A stretch of DNA of 64,000 nt from an uncultured Nitrososphaerota archaeon (lineage in GTDB: Archaea; Thermoproteota; Nitrososphaeria; Nitrososphaerales; Nitrosopumilaceae): positions 1,568,001 through 1,632,000 of the forward strand of contig OY969559.1 in NCBI GenBank assembly GCA_963701075.1. Direction: 5' to 3'. The notes under the pieces were generated by a model. That model had not been told where the DNA came from and did no database searches. It saw only the letters and a list, made by a program, of their open reading frames with translations. Every line of letters starts with the position of its first letter. Position 1 is the stretch's first letter. Made by a program: the position numbers and the translations under genes. Positions 61,339 through 64,000 of the stretch are shown in pieces.

Positions 61339-62808
61339 TCATTTTTCCTTGATCAGGATTGGATTTTCTTCATAGTTTACCTTGAGACTGGTATATGGAT
61401 AGAGCGAAATGTCGTATCCCTGGGTGTTACCTACAAACGTAGCGACCGTCTTTGTGTCATTGTATAATTGTTCAAGTTGTGTTCCTCTGCTCATATCTAC
61501 CATTACGTAATGTTGGTCTGCAACCAATACAACTTTTTCAGTTGTGATTGGCTCAAAGAGGGCAAGAGAATAGTCGGCAAGAACGTTTTGTTTGTGAAAT
61601 ACATAACTGAATATCCAAGAATAGACTGGACTTGCAAGAATTGTGGTCTTGTTGTCATTGTCATTTACGTGTTGCAAGACAAAAGAGGTTGCCTGAAACT
61701 CACTTGATGCCATATTTGTTGTTATGAGTAACAGAGTACTTGCAAGACCAAATACCCCTATACCCAAAATCACTGCAACTGGAAAATTTTTGTGTATATT
61801 TTTTCTTTTGACTTGCCCAAGAACTTTTACAATAAGAATAGATGCAGATATGCAGAAAACTGGCAAGACTGGAATCCAATAGAAATATTGGTTATATCCC
61901 ATGGCAAGAAGAAAAATTGTGAAAGGTACAAACCACATCAAAATAAAATAATCTTTCCTGTAAATACAAAAAACAATTCCCGCAATTCCTAAAATAAATA
62001 AGACAGGATCCATCTGTAAAAATAGATACGATATGTATGGCAAGCCGTAACTATGCTTTTCTGCTTGCTCAAGCACGTCCTTAGTCCAGAGACCAAACTG
62101 TCCAGATTCGATACTCTGAAGAGGCCAGAGAAAAGGAATCAGAAAAACTGGAACTAGCCAAAGCGCCACAAGTTTTGGCCTTTTTTCGTTGAAGTATATG
62201 ATATATGTAATCAGCGGAATCATTGCAAATGCAGGAATTTTGGTAAATATTGCCAATCCCATGCAGATGCCTGAAAGCAATATCATCAGACTTTTCCGAT
62301 CAGAGTTTTTTGATTTCAGGGCAAGCAAAATGGACAACAGGAGAAATGGCAACAGTATGGAATCAAGAAGTATTTCCCTTACAAGCCATGTGATTGGCAT
62401 GACAGCAAACAGCATGGATGAAATTAACGCAACTTTTGCTCCGTAGCGATTTTCTGCAATCTTGTAAATTAGAAATGTATCAGCTATTGCAAGCATTCCC
62501 ATTACAACTCTGGGCACTAGGTACAGCATAGATATGGAATTTGGACTCGATGATACATGAAGAGAGCCTGGAAATCCAATCAGACCTAAAACTGATGCCA
62601 GAAAAATTTGTCCAAAGTAGGGATGATCGTAAAAAAATGACTCTTGTGGACCAAGGCCTGCCAATACATGCATGGCTCTTCTCATGTATATGCCCTCATC
62701 GAAGAAAATTGCTGGAAATTCTGCAGCGTTCCAAATGTGAGTAAACCCAGATAACACTAGTAATCCTAAAAGGAACCAGTTAGCTCTTCTAGAATTGATT
62801 TGGTACAC
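61339..62808 (-). CDS. GT-C (PMT/ArnT-like) membrane glycosyltransferase
   Basis: FDEGIY, YDHPYFG and GLAIFTK; many TM helices. Confidence 0.88.
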   Translation of the reverse strand: MYQINSRRANWFLLGLLVLSGFTHIWNAAEFPAIFFDEGIYMRRAMHVLAGLGPQESFFYDHPYFGQIFLASVLGLIGFPGSLHVSSSPNSISMLYLVPRVVMGMLAIADTFLIYKIAENRYGAKVALISSMLFAVMPITWLVREILLDSILLPFLLLSILLALKSKNSDRKSLMILLSGICMGLAIFTKIPAFAMIPLITYIIYFNEKRPKLVALWLVPVFLIPFLWPLQSIESGQFGLWTKDVLEQAEKHSYGLPYISYLFLQMDPVLFILGIAGIVFCIYRKDYFILMWFVPFTIFLLAMGYNQYFYWIPVLPVFCISASILIVKVLGQVKRKNIHKNFPVAVILGIGVFGLASTLLLITTNMASSEFQATSFVLQHVNDNDNKTTILASPVYSWIFSYVFHKQNVLADYSLALFEPITTEKVVLVADQHYVMVDMSRGTQLEQLYNDTKTVATFVGNTQGYDISLYPYTSLKVNYEENPILIKEK

Positions 62809-62930
62809 TACTTGAATTCAAGTACACTGTTAAAATTGCTTGTCATTTCAATGACACGGTATAACTTTACTTCTGTCTGATTACAATCATGCCTCACAGG
62901 TCTGAATCAGGCAAAACCTGTTTTGATGGA

Positions 62931-63347
62931 CTATTGCAGGAATCTTGGAATCTTTTTAGCAATATGCGATATAGATATTCTTCCAGGCCCCAAAACGATT
63001 ATTGTCAACAAGATGATAAATGCCAAGAGCTCAAGTTCTATTCCCGCGTTACCTGAAAATGATTTTAGCTTTTTTACATATACTATAGCCCCAAGCATGT
63101 CAATTGCAATAAGACTGCTCGCTATTCTCGATAGCACTCCAACAATGAGAAGAATTCCTCCAATCAATTCCAGCAGGCCTATGAGAATTGCCATATCGGC
63201 CGGAAGACCCAAACTTGAAAGAAACTTTCCAAATCCGCTACCAAACTTCATTTGACTGTGAACGATAAAGAAAACCCCCACTACAATTCTCAATCCAAAA
63301 TGTACAACATCATGTAGTATGTGCGTTCTAAGAGTGGCCTCAGCCAT
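62931..63347 (-). CDS. DoxX family membrane protein
   Basis: LRIVVGVFFIVHS..K, ELIGGILLIVG.LSR and GPGRIS. Confidence 0.9.
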   Translation of the reverse strand: MAEATLRTHILHDVVHFGLRIVVGVFFIVHSQMKFGSGFGKFLSSLGLPADMAILIGLLELIGGILLIVGVLSRIASSLIAIDMLGAIVYVKKLKSFSGNAGIELELLAFIILLTIIVLGPGRISISHIAKKIPRFLQ

Positions 63348-63559
63348 TTGTTATTATTTTTGTTTATAGTTATTATTAATCTTCGTAATCTGTTTTTTAT
63401 TAAAAAATTGTGTCAAATGACAGTCAAAGATTTTCATTTTCACGTTAACTGCATTTGGTTTTTGTTATTTACTACATTTCCATAAATTGGTGAACGGTAC
63501 AAAACATTTCCATGAAATGTCCACCAATGGTTTATCAACGTACCGTACCATTCACATCT

Positions 63560-63718
63560 ATGCCAAGAAAAGAATACAAAACCATTACCGTGAAAAACGA
63601 GTCCTACGAGCAGTTCAAAAGAGCCGTCAGGGATGCAAAGAAAAAGGACAAGTCTCTTGACAATAGCACGTTTCTAAATTCTCTCATAAGTCAACACCAC
63701 AAGTCCAGAAAGCCATGA
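63560..63718 (+). CDS. Small ribbon-helix-helix-like DNA-binding protein
   Basis: MPRKEYKTITVKNESYEQF...; coupled (ATGA) to the next ORF. Confidence 0.6.
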   Translation: MPRKEYKTITVKNESYEQFKRAVRDAKKKDKSLDNSTFLNSLISQHHKSRKP

Positions 63719-63930
63719 CAGAAAAACAAAGAAAACCAACACTTGAAGAGATGTGGAAGCAGATTAGTAGAATCCTTATTCCAATGGGCCAGATGCCAGA
63801 CAAGGCAAGCATGGATTACAAGCAGGTGGAGGAACTTTATTCTAGTCTAATTGTAGCCGACAGGACATTCAAAGATCTTGTGCAGATTGCAATTTTTAAA
63901 AAAGAGATAAACGAAATAGAAAATGAGTAA
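63715..63930 (+). CDS. Small hypothetical protein
   Basis: 71-aa ORF overlapping the previous stop. Confidence 0.6.
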   Translation: MTEKQRKPTLEEMWKQISRILIPMGQMPDKASMDYKQVEELYSSLIVADRTFKDLVQIAIFKKEINEIENE

Positions 63931-64000
63931 ATAGGAATTACTTACGCTCTTACGTCGAATTCTCTCAATGCGTGACAAATTTAACACATGATTATAAAAT

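Overview
A gene-dense, AT-rich chromosomal segment of an ammonia-oxidising archaeon (Nitrososphaerota, possibly Nitrosotalea-like). The assignment rests on five PEFG-CTERM proteins, 'IPxWxKNNAxWW' domains, a TFB, a Vps4/CdvC-like ATPase and a TRAM protein. No rRNA, tRNA, CRISPR array, transposase or integrase is visible. Main findings: (1) A polyhydroxyalkanoate (PHA) locus (patatin, two alpha/beta-hydrolases, phaE, phaC, phasin, AbrB-type PhaR, a second phasin-like gene) whose central ~3.08 kb (2157-5234) is inverted at a 5-bp ATCTG/CAGAT microhomology. Flipping it back restores two split genes exactly in frame. (2) A TTACC-N7-GGTAA palindrome occurs twice over the phaR-phaP promoter and once over the neighbouring aldehyde dehydrogenase start. 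(3) All eight clear single-base frameshifts lie in or next to AGCT, which suggests basecalling errors at a methylated motif rather than real pseudogenes. (4) A pentapeptide/ZIP/two-domain multicopper oxidase operon has a DtxR/SirR-like TTAGG-N4-CCTAA box and is flanked by secreted Met/His-repeat proteins. (5) There is a structured intergenic RNA candidate near 36.6 kb and several unannotated small Cys/His-rich ORFs. Also present: fixAB plus a fixC-fixX fusion, two ABC exporters, an MFS transporter, glycosyltransferases and many surface proteins.
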